Assembly: GCA_964629685.1 (NCBI GenBank) | Contig: CAZVTT010000001.1 | Coordinates: 385,319-449,318 of the forward strand | Origin: an uncultured Gammaproteobacteria bacterium | GTDB lineage: Bacteria; Patescibacteriota; Microgenomatia; UBA10105; UBA927 | Length of the DNA: 64,000 bases | Direction: 5' to 3' | In this document: positions 31,385-41,614 of the stretch, piece by piece | How the letters are laid out: every line of letters begins with the position of its first letter | Numbering within the stretch: position 1 is the first letter of the stretch | Notes under the pieces: generated by a model | Databases searched by the model: none | The model's input: the letters and a program-made list of their open reading frames with translations, nothing else | What the model was told of the DNA's origin: nothing | Translations under genes and position numbers: made by a program

Positions 31385-31588
31385 ATGGCAAAAAAAACTT
31401 ACAAAATTGACGGAATGCATTGTTCCAGTTGTGCAATGTTAATTGAGGGCGAATTGGAAGACGTCGGTTTATCTGCAGTCTGTAGTTATCAGAAACAGGA
31501 AGTCACGGTAGATGTACCGGACACTCAAGATATAGATACTAAAATTATTCACGTCATTGAAAAAGCAGGGTACAAGGTAACACAGTAG
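31385..31588 (+). CDS. heavy-metal-associated (CopZ-like) chaperone
   Basis: IDGMHCSSC motif and AGY C-terminus. Confidence 0.88.
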   Translation: MAKKTYKIDGMHCSSCAMLIEGELEDVGLSAVCSYQKQEVTVDVPDTQDIDTKIIHVIEKAGYKVTQ

Positions 31589-31591
31589 TGT

Positions 31592-32449
31592 ATGTCTTTA
31601 GCTGAATTTGAAGGTCGACTAATCTCAGGAAGATTAAGTTTAGGAATGGTCCCTGATTTTATGGCATTTTCTGAACTTCATAGAATTAATACCAGCCATC
31701 AACTTCATTTAGGTATAGAAATAAATCCACATAGGCTTGGTACGGCTCAGGGATTTCAGGAGCTCTCTCGGCGGTTTAATATAGCCGTTCAAGGGGTGCA
31801 TGGACCGATTGCCGGTATTTCCGCTGATTTTTTTAGGAATATGAAGCAAAATATCAGGAAAGATAAAGCAGAAGTAATCAAATCGTTTATTTGGTGGATA
31901 GGTTTTGGTGCGCAAAGCGATTCTTCTTATACACGGGCATACGGTAACCATGTAAATATGGCACAACAATTAGAATCATATCTTGTGATGCATCATGAAC
32001 CCCTGGAAGTAATGGGGGAAGCGGTTGTACTAGCCGCTGCTGCACAATTAAACGGCAGAATTTATCGCGAGAATGGTTGGGGTCCGGAAGACCAGCGCCC
32101 GGATTCATTATCATGGGATATTGTAAGGATCCGTGATTATGTACAAAAAATGGGAATTCGGACACTCCTGGATACGGCAACTGCAGCCAGAACGGGTGCG
32201 GCAAATGGGTATAGTATTTTGAAAGCTTTCGATGTGCTTGATCCGGCAGCTATACATTTTTCTGAGTATAACAGTGCTACGCAACAGGAAAATCAGATTC
32301 CATCCGCTACCTCTCCAAACTCGGGAGAGTTACGTGAGTTGGTGCAACAGATTAAAGGCACTGACGTAGCGTTGGTTCTGGAGGTTCGTCCTTCGCCGAC
32401 TGCGGAGTCGTCACTCCTGCGAACTTTGGAGTTTATTGATACCTGTTAG
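31592..32449 (+). CDS. hypothetical protein, possible xylose-isomerase-like TIM barrel
   Basis: Spacing of VHGP, YLVMH, REN, LLDT, IHFSE and VLEV resembles AP_endonuc_2-type barrels. Confidence 0.55.
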   Translation: MSLAEFEGRLISGRLSLGMVPDFMAFSELHRINTSHQLHLGIEINPHRLGTAQGFQELSRRFNIAVQGVHGPIAGISADFFRNMKQNIRKDKAEVIKSFIWWIGFGAQSDSSYTRAYGNHVNMAQQLESYLVMHHEPLEVMGEAVVLAAAAQLNGRIYRENGWGPEDQRPDSLSWDIVRIRDYVQKMGIRTLLDTATAARTGAANGYSILKAFDVLDPAAIHFSEYNSATQQENQIPSATSPNSGELRELVQQIKGTDVALVLEVRPSPTAESSLLRTLEFIDTC

Positions 32450-32482
32450 ACCGCAGTCCGCGTATATGGGATACTAATAGGT

Positions 32483-33112
32483 ATGGCTCAAGGTGTTGCT
32501 TCGCCAGTTCAGGGACAGATTGCGGTAACCTACTTTGCCGCAGTATCTTCTTTAACGCAAAAGCAGTCCGGGCAAACATCATCAATTTCTATAGAAGAGC
32601 CTGATACATTATTACCTCCGGCATTTTCTCCGCTGGTCTCGTACGCTCCCTTTATACTATTTTTTGCTTTATTTATAAGCGCATTCGGTATACAACTCAT
32701 GCATAGGATTCGAGATGCACGAAGAATCATAGCTGCGTTTGCCATTGCCTTTTTTGCAGCGAGTATTCCTACGGTATTAACCGTTATGCAGCAAAGATCG
32801 GTGTCCCAAACACACGCAGGACCGGATGAAATACCACGGAACATTCAGGTAATCGACAACACGGAAAGTACTGTTATTGTAAAATGGAGCACGGATACGG
32901 AGAAAATAGGTGCGGTTCGGTTAAGCCGAGATCAGAATTCTTTTGATGACAGCGTAATGTATATCGCAGACAATGGCACTGAAGTGAAAGATCATAGTGT
33001 TACTTTGACCGATTTGAAACCGGGATCACAGTATCAATTTGAAGTGTTTTCCGGAAGCGCTTGGTACGATCATAACGGAACTCCTATTCGTTTTCTTTTT
33101 CCGGCAAAATAA
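32483..33112 (+). CDS. membrane protein with C-terminal fibronectin-III/purple-acid-phosphatase-N-like domain
   Basis: Two TMs, PRNIQV...VIVKWSTD, HSVTLTDLKPGSQYQF. Confidence 0.7.
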   Translation: MAQGVASPVQGQIAVTYFAAVSSLTQKQSGQTSSISIEEPDTLLPPAFSPLVSYAPFILFFALFISAFGIQLMHRIRDARRIIAAFAIAFFAASIPTVLTVMQQRSVSQTHAGPDEIPRNIQVIDNTESTVIVKWSTDTEKIGAVRLSRDQNSFDDSVMYIADNGTEVKDHSVTLTDLKPGSQYQFEVFSGSAWYDHNGTPIRFLFPAK

Positions 33113-33139
33113 ATAAAAGGTGCTACAGCAATATATACC

Positions 33140-33168
33140 TAGACAGCACACTATTTTTTTAGTAGAAT
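33140..33168 (+). promoter_or_regulatory. sigma70-type promoter upstream of fusA
   Basis: TAGACA(33140-33145)-17 nt-TAGAAT(33163-33168). Confidence 0.6.
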
Positions 33169-33182
33169 GGACGTTGAAGCAT

Positions 33183-33210
33183 AGCTGCTTCGGTAACGAA
33201 GCAGTTTTTT
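33183..33210 (+). terminator. intrinsic-terminator-like hairpin upstream of fusA
   Basis: AGCTGCTTCG-GTAA-CGAAGCAGTT, ending in T6 (33205-33210). Confidence 0.7.
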
Positions 33211-33241
33211 CTTCGTTGTATAAGTTAAATTATTTATTTTT

Positions 33242-35347
33242 ATGGCATCACCACAAACAGCGTTAACAGAAAATCGTGAAGTCCCTCTTGAGAAAGTAAG
33301 GAATCTTGGCATTATTGCGCATATCGATGCCGGAAAAACTACCACTACTGAACGTATATTATTCTATACCGGTCGTACATACAAAATTGGAGATATTGAT
33401 GAAGGCAATACCCAGATGGACTGGATGGAGCAAGAGCGGGAACGAGGAATTACTATCGTTTCTGCGGCTACAACTACATTCTGGAAAGGATACCGATTTA
33501 ATATAATCGACACACCCGGACACGTAGATTTTACTGCGGAAGTAGAACGGTCACTTCGTGTATTAGATGGTGGAATTACCGTACTTGATGCTGAAGAGGG
33601 TGTTCAGTCACAATCCGAAACCGTTTGGCATCAAGCAGACAAATATAAAGTTCCGCGTCTCTGTTTCATTAATAAAATGGATAAATTGGGTGCTGACTTC
33701 CGGGCAACTATAAAATCTATCGAAGATAGGCTCGGTGCTCATTGTGCTGTTATGGTAGTACCGATTGGTCGGGAAAATACATTCAAAGGTACGGTTGACT
33801 TATTGAGCCGTAAAGTTTTTATCTGGGGCAGTGACGAATTGGGTTCTACGTTTGAGGAAAGCGATCAGATTCCTGATGATTTGAAAGCAGAAGTTGAACA
33901 AAGTCGTAAGGATCTAATAGAGCGGATTGCTGAAACGGATGATGCGTTACTCGAAAAATATTTAAGCGGTGTGGAACCGACTGTAGCAGAACTGAAATCG
34001 TCCCTGCGGAAAGCAGTTATTGCATATAAGTTAGTACCGATCTATGCCGGTAGCAGCTTGCGCAACAAAGGTGTACAACCATTGCTCGATGCAGTCGTAG
34101 ACTATTTACCATCTCCTCTCGATCTTCCGCCCGTAGAAGGTACAAATCCTAAAACAGGTGAAAAAGAGACACGCAAACGTGATAGCAGTGACGCTTTTTC
34201 AGGTTTGGCATTTAAAATTCAGATAGATCCGCACGTAGGTAAATTAACTTATGTCCGTATTTATTCTGGAAAACTTACCTCAGGTTCATATACGTTTAAC
34301 TCATCAAAAGGTGGGCAAGAGCGTATCGGTCGGTTACTTTTAATGCATGCTAATCAGCGCGAAGAAATTAAAGAAGCGTTTGCAGGAGAGATTGTAGCCG
34401 TAGTCGGATTTAAAGATACGATTACCGGTGACACCATTTGTGATCCGGAGAAACCGATTGTACTAGAAAAAATTTCGTTCCCGGATCCGGTTATATCTCT
34501 GGCTATTGAACCAAAAACGAAAAATGATCAGGAAAAAATGGGATATGCATTGCAACGATTATCTGAGGAAGATCCTACATTCAAAATTAAATCAAATCAG
34601 GAAACAAATCAGACTATTATCTGGGGTATGGGTGAACTTCATCTGGAGATTTTGGTAGACCGGATGAAGCGTGAATTTAAAGTAGAAGCAAATGTGGGAG
34701 CTCCACAGGTAGCCTACAAAGAAACAATTAAGGCAAAAGCCGAAGGTGAAGGAAAGTATATTCGTCAATCAGGAGGACGGGGGCAATATGGTCACTGTTT
34801 TATCCGTATTGAACCAAAGAATCGTGGGGAAGGATTCGAGTTTGTTGATGAAATTAAAGGTGGAGCAATTCCTCGCGAATTCATTAATCCGATCGAAAAA
34901 GGTATTAAAGAAGCCATGGAAAACGGTGTAATCGCCGGATATCCTCTGGTAGACGTAAAGGTTACCCTGTACGATGGTTCTTATCATGATGTTGATAGTT
35001 CGGAAATTGCATTTAAAATTGCCGGAAGTATGGCATTACAAAATGCGACCAAACAAGCTCAACCGACAATCCTCGAACCTGTTATGAAGGTAGAGGTTAC
35101 TACACCTGATGAATTTATGGGAGATGTAATCGGCGATTTAGGTTCAAAGAGAGCCCAAATTTCCGGAACCCAAAAGCGCGGCCACGTTTCGGTTATTTTA
35201 GCGGAAGTTCCGCTGGCTGAACTTGCCGGATATGCAACTGTTCTTCGCAGTATGTCTAAAGGAAGGGCAACGTATTATATGGAGCCCAGTCATTACGAAG
35301 AAGTACCGCGAAATATTCAGGAAAAGATTATTGCAAAGACAGCGTAA
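33242..35347 (+). CDS. fusA: elongation factor G
   Basis: [33 protein letters not shown]. Confidence 0.99.
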   Translation: MASPQTALTENREVPLEKVRNLGIIAHIDAGKTTTTERILFYTGRTYKIGDIDEGNTQMDWMEQERERGITIVSAATTTFWKGYRFNIIDTPGHVDFTAEVERSLRVLDGGITVLDAEEGVQSQSETVWHQADKYKVPRLCFINKMDKLGADFRATIKSIEDRLGAHCAVMVVPIGRENTFKGTVDLLSRKVFIWGSDELGSTFEESDQIPDDLKAEVEQSRKDLIERIAETDDALLEKYLSGVEPTVAELKSSLRKAVIAYKLVPIYAGSSLRNKGVQPLLDAVVDYLPSPLDLPPVEGTNPKTGEKETRKRDSSDAFSGLAFKIQIDPHVGKLTYVRIYSGKLTSGSYTFNSSKGGQERIGRLLLMHANQREEIKEAFAGEIVAVVGFKDTITGDTICDPEKPIVLEKISFPDPVISLAIEPKTKNDQEKMGYALQRLSEEDPTFKIKSNQETNQTIIWGMGELHLEILVDRMKREFKVEANVGAPQVAYKETIKAKAEGEGKYIRQSGGRGQYGHCFIRIEPKNRGEGFEFVDEIKGGAIPREFINPIEKGIKEAMENGVIAGYPLVDVKVTLYDGSYHDVDSSEIAFKIAGSMALQNATKQAQPTILEPVMKVEVTTPDEFMGDVIGDLGSKRAQISGTQKRGHVSVILAEVPLAELAGYATVLRSMSKGRATYYMEPSHYEEVPRNIQEKIIAKTA

Positions 35348-35367
35348 CGTGTGCTACAATTCGCACA

Positions 35368-35419
35368 CAATCAACTAATGATTATATTGTATACTGACAG
35401 TATGATCATGAGTTGATTG
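35368..35419 (+). other. 23-bp inverted repeat in fusA-tuf spacer
   Basis: 35368-35390 pairs with 35397-35419 (1 mismatch, 2 G-U). Confidence 0.75.
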
Positions 35420-35464
35420 CTTTTATTGGAAATTATTTACTATCTAACTTAAACAAGGAGGACT

Positions 35465-36652
35465 ATGGCAGATCAACAAAAGTTTCAACGAACAAAGCCA
35501 CATCTTAATATTGGCACTATTGGTCACGTAGATCATGGTAAAACCACACTGACATCTGCTATTACTCATGTCCTTGCAAAATCAGGACTTGCTAAAGCAT
35601 TAAAGTATGAAGAAATTGATAATGCTCCCGAAGAAAAAGCTCGTGGAGTGACCATCAATATCCATCATTCGGAATACGAAACACAAACACGACATTATGC
35701 TCATATTGATGCTCCGGGACATGCTGATTACATCAAGAACATGATCACCGGTGCCGCTCAAATGGACGGTGCAATCTTAGTCGTTTCCGCCCCAGACGGT
35801 CCAATGCCGCAAACTCGAGAACACATTCTGCTTGCCAAGCAAGTTGCAGTTCCGGCTATCGTCGTATTTATGAATAAATGCGATATGGTACAGGATAAAG
35901 AACTTTTGGATCTCGTGGAAATGGAAATTCGTGAATTGTTGACCAAATATGGTTTCCCGGGAGATAAAATTCCGGTAATCCGTGGCTCAGCTCTGAAAGC
36001 ACTTCAGGGAGATGCTGATGGCGAAAAGAGTATTCAAGACTTAATGAAAACGGTAGATGAATACGTTCCGGCTCCTACCAGAGATCTTGATCGGCCGTTC
36101 TTGATGCCAGTTGAAGACGTCTTTTCTATTAAAGGACGCGGAACTGTTGTCACAGGTCGGGTAGAACGGGGTAAGGTTCACATAAATGACACCGTAGAAA
36201 TCGTTGGTATTAAAGCTACACAGTCTACAGTGGTTACCGGTGTTGAAATGTTCCGCAAATTGCTGGACGAAGGTATGGCTGGAGATAACGTCGGAGTTTT
36301 GCTCCGAGGTATTGAAAAAGATCAGGTTGAGCGTGGTCAAGTATTGGCTGCTCCCAACAGCGTTAAGCCGCATACCGAATTTGCAGCCGAAGTGTATATT
36401 CTGGCAAAAGAAGAGGGTGGACGTCATACACCATTCTTTACAGGGTATCGCCCGCAGTTCTATATCAGGACTACAGACGTAACCGGTGAAGTAGCGTTAC
36501 CGCAAGGAGTAGAAATGGTTATGCCCGGTGATAAAACCGAGATGACAGCAAAACTCATTGTACCGGTAGCATTAGAAGAAGGTATCCGCTTCGCTATCCG
36601 CGAGGGTGGTCATACAGTTGGAGCCGGTATCATTACAAAGATTATTGCTTAA
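35465..36652 (+). CDS. tuf: elongation factor Tu
   Basis: [28 protein letters not shown]; AAGGAGG SD. Confidence 0.99.
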   Translation: MADQQKFQRTKPHLNIGTIGHVDHGKTTLTSAITHVLAKSGLAKALKYEEIDNAPEEKARGVTINIHHSEYETQTRHYAHIDAPGHADYIKNMITGAAQMDGAILVVSAPDGPMPQTREHILLAKQVAVPAIVVFMNKCDMVQDKELLDLVEMEIRELLTKYGFPGDKIPVIRGSALKALQGDADGEKSIQDLMKTVDEYVPAPTRDLDRPFLMPVEDVFSIKGRGTVVTGRVERGKVHINDTVEIVGIKATQSTVVTGVEMFRKLLDEGMAGDNVGVLLRGIEKDQVERGQVLAAPNSVKPHTEFAAEVYILAKEEGGRHTPFFTGYRPQFYIRTTDVTGEVALPQGVEMVMPGDKTEMTAKLIVPVALEEGIRFAIREGGHTVGAGIITKIIA

Positions 36653-36699
36653 TTAAAACCTCTTTCCCTAGCCTGCCTAAGGTGTAAGAGCAAAATAAC

Positions 36700-37008
36700 A
36701 TGCCAAAGGGAAGAATACGAGTACGTTTAAAAGCTTACGATAGTCGGATTATAGACGACTGTTGTCAGAAGATTCTTGATACTGCGGTTAGGACCGGTGC
36801 TCGGGTTGTGGGACCTGTACCTCTGCCGACAGATAGAGAACACTTTAATGTGGCAAGAAGTCCCTTTATTGACCGGAATAGTCGTGAAGACTTCATGATT
36901 AAAACACATAAGCGGTTGATTGATATTATGGAACCAACCGATAAGACAATAGACCAGTTAATGCATCTTGATTTGCCCGCTGGTGTCGATGTAGAGATTA
37001 AAATGTAA
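36700..37008 (+). CDS. rpsJ: 30S ribosomal protein S10
   Basis: [35 protein letters not shown]. Confidence 0.98.
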   Translation: MPKGRIRVRLKAYDSRIIDDCCQKILDTAVRTGARVVGPVPLPTDREHFNVARSPFIDRNSREDFMIKTHKRLIDIMEPTDKTIDQLMHLDLPAGVDVEIKM

Positions 37009-37012
37009 GCAA

Positions 37013-37041
37013 TTGAATTAGATGAGATACTTTGGTATACT
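37013..37041 (+). promoter_or_regulatory. internal sigma70 promoter upstream of rplC
   Basis: TTGAAT(37013-37018)-17 nt-TATACT(37036-37041) with extended -10 TG. Confidence 0.65.
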
Positions 37042-37116
37042 ACCGGTCTGGTAGATATGAAGGATTTAACCGTCATATCCATATAAGTACGTATCAAAAG
37101 TCTCGGATAAAGGTAT

Positions 37117-37144
37117 AACCGACCTTCACCGAGGTCGGTTTTTT
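37117..37144 (+). terminator. intrinsic terminator in rplC leader (candidate attenuator)
   Basis: AACCGACCTT-cacc-GAGGTCGGTT plus TTTT, ending 3 nt before the rplC ATG. Confidence 0.75.
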
Positions 37145-37147
37145 GTT

Positions 37148-37771
37148 ATGATTTCAGCATTATTAGGTATAAAAATTAATCAAACTCAACAATTTACTGA
37201 AGACGGTCGCCGGATTCCGGTAACGTTTATTCAAGTAGGGCCGTGTTGGGTTTCAAATGTGGTGAATACCGAGAATGTTAAGAGTTATCAACTTGCATTC
37301 GGTACAGCCAAACATATTTCAAAAGCAGTTGCAGGAAACATGAAAAAGGCGGGGTTAGAACAAAAGCCCCGTTTTTTACGGGAAATTCGGGTAGCTGCAC
37401 TTGATGAGTCTATCAAGCCTGGAACTGAAGTTAAAACTGAAAGCGTATTTAGTGTCGGCGATCATGTTCAGGTTATGGGTACGAGTAAAGGGAAAGGGTT
37501 TGCCGGAGTAGTAAAGCGACATGGATTCAGAGGTGGACCACGTACGCACGGTCAGGCAGATCGTGAAAGAGCTCCGGGTTCAATCGGACAGACTACCACG
37601 CCGGGTCGTGTATATAAAGGGAAGCGAATGGCCGGAAGAATGGGAAGCGATAGAGTAACCGTAAAAGGATTGCAGATCGTTTCTATAGATGCAGAAAAAC
37701 ATATTATAGCAGTAAAAGGACTTATTCCCGGTGCAAAATCCGGACTCGTAGTTATTCAGAAAGAACAGTAA
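37148..37771 (+). CDS. rplC: 50S ribosomal protein L3
   Basis: SKGKGFAGVVKRHGF, RAPGSIG, GRVYKGKRMAGRMG. Confidence 0.98.
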   Translation: MISALLGIKINQTQQFTEDGRRIPVTFIQVGPCWVSNVVNTENVKSYQLAFGTAKHISKAVAGNMKKAGLEQKPRFLREIRVAALDESIKPGTEVKTESVFSVGDHVQVMGTSKGKGFAGVVKRHGFRGGPRTHGQADRERAPGSIGQTTTPGRVYKGKRMAGRMGSDRVTVKGLQIVSIDAEKHIIAVKGLIPGAKSGLVVIQKEQ

Positions 37772-37774
37772 GGT

Positions 37775-38548
37775 ATGGCACGCGTAGCTAAAACAATTAC
37801 AACAAAACCGGAAGGTAAACCGACAGTACGGAAAACACGTTCGACTGCCGTTCCTAAAGTTGCCGCCAAACCGGTAGAAAAAGCTGCGGAAAAGAAAACT
37901 GCCACCAAAGTAGCACATGGATTGGATATAGAAGTGGTGGATGTAACAGGTAAAGCTCAGGGGAAATTAACATTACCGAAAGAGTTATTCGGTGCAAAAA
38001 TAAACAAACCACTATTGGCTCAGGCCGTGAGAGTCTTTTTAGCCAATCAACGAGAAGGCTCAGCTGCTACAAAAACCCGGGGAATGGTTGCTGGTTCAAC
38101 AAAGAAAATATATCGTCAAAAGGGTACCGGTCGCGCCAGACACGGAGGTATAACGGCACCTATTTTCGTTGGCGGTGGCGTGTCCTTTGGACCTCAGCCA
38201 CGTTCGTATAGTTTGGATTTACCTAAAAATATGCGAAAAATGGCATTGGCTAGCGCATTATCACAACAATTACAGCATGGAAATGTCATAGTTGTGGACG
38301 GATTCAGTTCTTTAGAACCAAAAACAAAGCTCTTTGCGCAATCGTTTGAGCAAGTTGGTGCAACCCGACGGGTACTGCTCATTGTTCCGAAAGACGCCGG
38401 AACAGTGGTCCGTTCAACCAAAAATATTGCTTATGTAGATATTATTAGTGCAGCACAAATACATGCGTATACAATACTTGCTCATCAAAAAGTAGTGTTT
38501 ATGAAATCAGCGATAGCGGAATTGGCTCAATCCAGCAAAGATAATTAA
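37775..38548 (+). CDS. rplD: 50S ribosomal protein L4 (with ~50-aa basic N-terminal extension)
   Basis: TKTRGMVAGSTKKIYRQKGTGRARHG, GGGVSFGPQPR. Confidence 0.97.
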   Translation: MARVAKTITTKPEGKPTVRKTRSTAVPKVAAKPVEKAAEKKTATKVAHGLDIEVVDVTGKAQGKLTLPKELFGAKINKPLLAQAVRVFLANQREGSAATKTRGMVAGSTKKIYRQKGTGRARHGGITAPIFVGGGVSFGPQPRSYSLDLPKNMRKMALASALSQQLQHGNVIVVDGFSSLEPKTKLFAQSFEQVGATRRVLLIVPKDAGTVVRSTKNIAYVDIISAAQIHAYTILAHQKVVFMKSAIAELAQSSKDN

Positions 38549-38550
38549 CT

Positions 38551-38862
38551 ATGAAATACTCAGGGATCAAACCGGTAGTTACTGAAAAAAGTTTAGCGCT
38601 TGCCGCTAAGGGGTGGTACACATTTGCTGTTGATGAGGCTATAAGTAAGTCTCAGGCAGCCGCAGAAATTTCCGCTGCATTTAAAGTAGATGTTATTACC
38701 GTAAGATCCATTCATATGCATGGAAAGATCCGTAGATTCGGTCGCAAGATGAATGCCGTTAGGCAAGCAGATTGGAAAAAAACATTAGTTAAACTTAAAG
38801 CCGGGCAGAAGATTGATGCCTTTGAGGTAACTTCTCAGGAAGAGCAACAGAAGGCGAAGTAA
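38551..38862 (+). CDS. rplW: 50S ribosomal protein L23
   Basis: [21 protein letters not shown]; operon position. Confidence 0.96.
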   Translation: MKYSGIKPVVTEKSLALAAKGWYTFAVDEAISKSQAAAEISAAFKVDVITVRSIHMHGKIRRFGRKMNAVRQADWKKTLVKLKAGQKIDAFEVTSQEEQQKAK

Positions 38863-38873
38863 ATTATAGGTAT

Positions 38874-39629
38874 ATGGAAAAGATTCGAAACAAAAAATTA
38901 CAGGTACTATTAGCAAAACACTCTGGAAGAGATAATCAGGGTCATGTGGCTGTTCGTCATCAAGGCGGTCGTCAGAAACGGTTCTATCGTATTATTGACT
39001 GGCACAGGGAGAAAGACGGCGTACCCGCTAAAGTTGTCAGTATTGAATATGACCCAAACCGATCATCCGATGTAGCAATGTTGCAATATGCAGATGGTGA
39101 AAAACGGTATATACTTTCACCCGTTGGTTTGGTTGTTGGTCAACCTATTCTTTCCGGTGATACAGCGGACTTAAAACCGGGGAACGCTATTCGACTTGGT
39201 TTAATACCGGTAGGAACTTTTGTTCACAACCTGGAAATCCGACCCCAACGAGGTGCTCAGATGGCCAGAAGCGCAGGAACAACTGCAGTAATTTTGGCAA
39301 AAGACGGAAACACTATTCAGATTAAACTGTCATCTGGCGAAGTTAGAGTTTTCCATGCAGATTGTAAGGCAACTATTGGTCAAGTTGGAAATGTTGATTG
39401 GAAAAATAGAGTTATCGGAACTGCAGGACGGAACCGACGTCTTGGAAAACGTCCAACCGTTCGGGGTGTTGCGCAAAATCCGAGATCTCATCCGCATGGT
39501 GGAGGAGAAGGTAGAAGTGGTATCGGTATGCCATCGCCAAAGAGTCCATGGGGTAAGCGGACATTGGGTGTTAAGACCCGTAAACGCGTGAAATACAGTG
39601 ATCGTAAAATTGTTAAACGGAGGAAATAA
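38874..39629 (+). CDS. rplB: 50S ribosomal protein L2
   Basis: [21 protein letters not shown]; N-terminus shorter than usual. Confidence 0.98.
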   Translation: MEKIRNKKLQVLLAKHSGRDNQGHVAVRHQGGRQKRFYRIIDWHREKDGVPAKVVSIEYDPNRSSDVAMLQYADGEKRYILSPVGLVVGQPILSGDTADLKPGNAIRLGLIPVGTFVHNLEIRPQRGAQMARSAGTTAVILAKDGNTIQIKLSSGEVRVFHADCKATIGQVGNVDWKNRVIGTAGRNRRLGKRPTVRGVAQNPRSHPHGGGEGRSGIGMPSPKSPWGKRTLGVKTRKRVKYSDRKIVKRRK

Positions 39630-39632
39630 ATT

Positions 39633-39917
39633 ATGGCCCGGAGTAGTAAAAAAGGACCGTTTATAGATCCAAGACTGTTGGCAAAAGTTATGAAACAGAA
39701 AGCCAGCGGAGAAAAAGTAGTTATTAAAACCTGGGTTAGAGCGTGCCAGATTCCTCCGGAGTTTGTAGGACACCGAATCGGTGTGTATAACGGAAAAGTA
39801 CATTTGGAAGTATTTGTTACGGAATCAATGGTAGGACACCGTTTGGGTGAATTCTCACCGACACGCGTTTTCCGCGGTCACGGTCAAGTTACAAAGCGGA
39901 CAATGGATAAGACATAA
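39633..39917 (+). CDS. rpsS: 30S ribosomal protein S19
   Basis: [23 protein letters not shown]. Confidence 0.98.
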   Translation: MARSSKKGPFIDPRLLAKVMKQKASGEKVVIKTWVRACQIPPEFVGHRIGVYNGKVHLEVFVTESMVGHRLGEFSPTRVFRGHGQVTKRTMDKT

Positions 39918-39920
39918 TAT

Positions 39921-40295
39921 ATGGAATACCAAGCTACAGCTAAATATATACATATGAGTACCCGAAAGGTACGGGTGGTTGCTGACGGCATTCGGTCACT
40001 AAATCCTAAAGCAGCTCTGGATGCGCTAACTCATGTTGATAAACATGCGGCGAAACCCTTATCTTTGGTCATTGCCTCCGCACTTGCAAATGCGAAGCAG
40101 AAGCAAGCACAACCGGATCAATTGCGGTTTAAAATTATTGAAATTATGGGTGGACCGGCTATGAAGCGATGGCGAGCGGTCTCCCGCGGTACAGCACATG
40201 CGTATAAAAAACGAATGACACATATCCGCGTGGTACTTACAGACGAAGCTGGTGTAAAAGTTGAACCAAAAAAGAGCGTTCAAAAGGAGGGTTGA
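39921..40295 (+). CDS. rplV: 50S ribosomal protein L22
   Basis: STRKVRVVADGIR, SALANA, KRMTHIRVVL. Confidence 0.97.
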   Translation: MEYQATAKYIHMSTRKVRVVADGIRSLNPKAALDALTHVDKHAAKPLSLVIASALANAKQKQAQPDQLRFKIIEIMGGPAMKRWRAVSRGTAHAYKKRMTHIRVVLTDEAGVKVEPKKSVQKEG

Positions 40296-40299
40296 GTAA

Positions 40300-40986
40300 A
40301 TGGGTCAAAAGATTAATCCAAAAGGATTTCGGTTGGGAACAGTCACTACTTGGAGTTCCCGTTGGTTTGCAGACCGGGCACGATATCGGGAGCTTCTTCT
40401 GGAAGATGTCCTGTTACGTCGGGTACTGCATACCCGCCTGAAATCGGCAGGGTTAGCCCAGGTCGAAATTGAACGATCAATCAACAAGATAAAACTGACA
40501 TTACACGTATCGAAACCAGGTATTGTTATCGGTCGGGGTGGAAGCGGACTGGAAGAACTTAAGAAATATGTCGAAGTGTTTTTACGAAAACACCGACAGG
40601 ATGCTACACAGAAGCGATTGATGCGGAAAAACAGTGAGAGCAGTAAGGTTAAAGTTGAGTTATCGGTTGAGCCGGTAAAAGAACCTAATTTGAATGCGTT
40701 TTTAGTAGCAACAAATATTGCAGATCAGCTTACAAGACGAATGCCGCATAAACGAATTTGTAATCAGACACTTGAGCGGGTAATGTCTTCAGGAGCCAGG
40801 GGAGTAAAGATTGCATTATCCGGTCGTATTGCCGGTGCGGAAATTGCCCGCCGTGAAGGGTATAAAACAGGTACTGTTCCGTTATCTACCGTTCGTGAAG
40901 ATGTAGACTACGCATCAGTTCCGTCACTTACGAAGTCTGGATATATTGGGGTAAAAGTTTGGATTTGTCGAAAGTCAGTTAACTAA
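40300..40986 (+). CDS. rpsC: 30S ribosomal protein S3
   Basis: MGQKINPKGFRLG, KPGIVIGRGG, SGRIAGAEIAR. Confidence 0.98.
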   Translation: MGQKINPKGFRLGTVTTWSSRWFADRARYRELLLEDVLLRRVLHTRLKSAGLAQVEIERSINKIKLTLHVSKPGIVIGRGGSGLEELKKYVEVFLRKHRQDATQKRLMRKNSESSKVKVELSVEPVKEPNLNAFLVATNIADQLTRRMPHKRICNQTLERVMSSGARGVKIALSGRIAGAEIARREGYKTGTVPLSTVREDVDYASVPSLTKSGYIGVKVWICRKSVN

Positions 40987-40995
40987 AGGAAACGT

Positions 40996-41403
40996 ATGTT
41001 AGCACCTAAACGAGCAAAATTTAGAAAACAATTTCGCGGTAAACGCCGGGGGCTATCGCTTCGGGGATCGAATATTGATTTTGGAAATTTTGGACTTAAA
41101 GCAACAACAGTCGGTTGGGTATCCAGTCGTCAGATTGAAGCAGCCCGACGGGCGTTGACACACTTTACCAAAAGAGGCGGTCGCATCTGGATCCGGATTT
41201 TCCCGGACAAACCGATTACCAAAAAGCCTCCGGAAACCCGTATGGGTAGCGGTAAGGGAGATGTACATGAATATGTTGCAGTCGTCAGACCGGGAAAAAT
41301 CATGTTTGAAATGTCAGGTGTCACACAAGACCAGGCAAAGGAAGCGATGAGACTTGCTTCAGCAAAATTGCCGGTAAAGTCACGGTTCGTTGTTAAGGAA
41401 TAA
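40996..41403 (+). CDS. rplP: 50S ribosomal protein L16
   Basis: [31 protein letters not shown]. Confidence 0.98.
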   Translation: MLAPKRAKFRKQFRGKRRGLSLRGSNIDFGNFGLKATTVGWVSSRQIEAARRALTHFTKRGGRIWIRIFPDKPITKKPPETRMGSGKGDVHEYVAVVRPGKIMFEMSGVTQDQAKEAMRLASAKLPVKSRFVVKE

Positions 41404-41407
41404 TCGT

Positions 41408-41614
41408 ATGAAACAGAAAGAAAAAACATCATTGAGAGGCATGACGATCGTTGAGTTAAAAAAACAACTCACGGATATGCAACAAAAGCTTGCTGCTTTG
41501 CGCCTTTCACGATATACTAAGCAGTCTAAAAATGTACGTGAATCAAAGGTAATGCGTCAGAAGGTTGCCGTATTATCTTCAATCATCGGTGAGAAGGAGA
41601 CAGCTCATGAATGA
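41408..41614 (+). CDS. rpmC: 50S ribosomal protein L29
   Basis: Small basic helical protein between rplP and rpsQ. Confidence 0.9.
   Translation: MKQKEKTSLRGMTIVELKKQLTDMQQKLAALRLSRYTKQSKNVRESKVMRQKVAVLSSIIGEKETAHE

Noticed and set aside
37024-37104. Long outer stem GAGATACTTTGGTATAC / GTATCAAAAGTCTC as part of the rplC leader
   Set aside because: Its 5' arm overlaps the predicted promoter, so it could form only in read-through RNA from rpsJ; the pairing is imperfect, so it is not claimed as a separate element.
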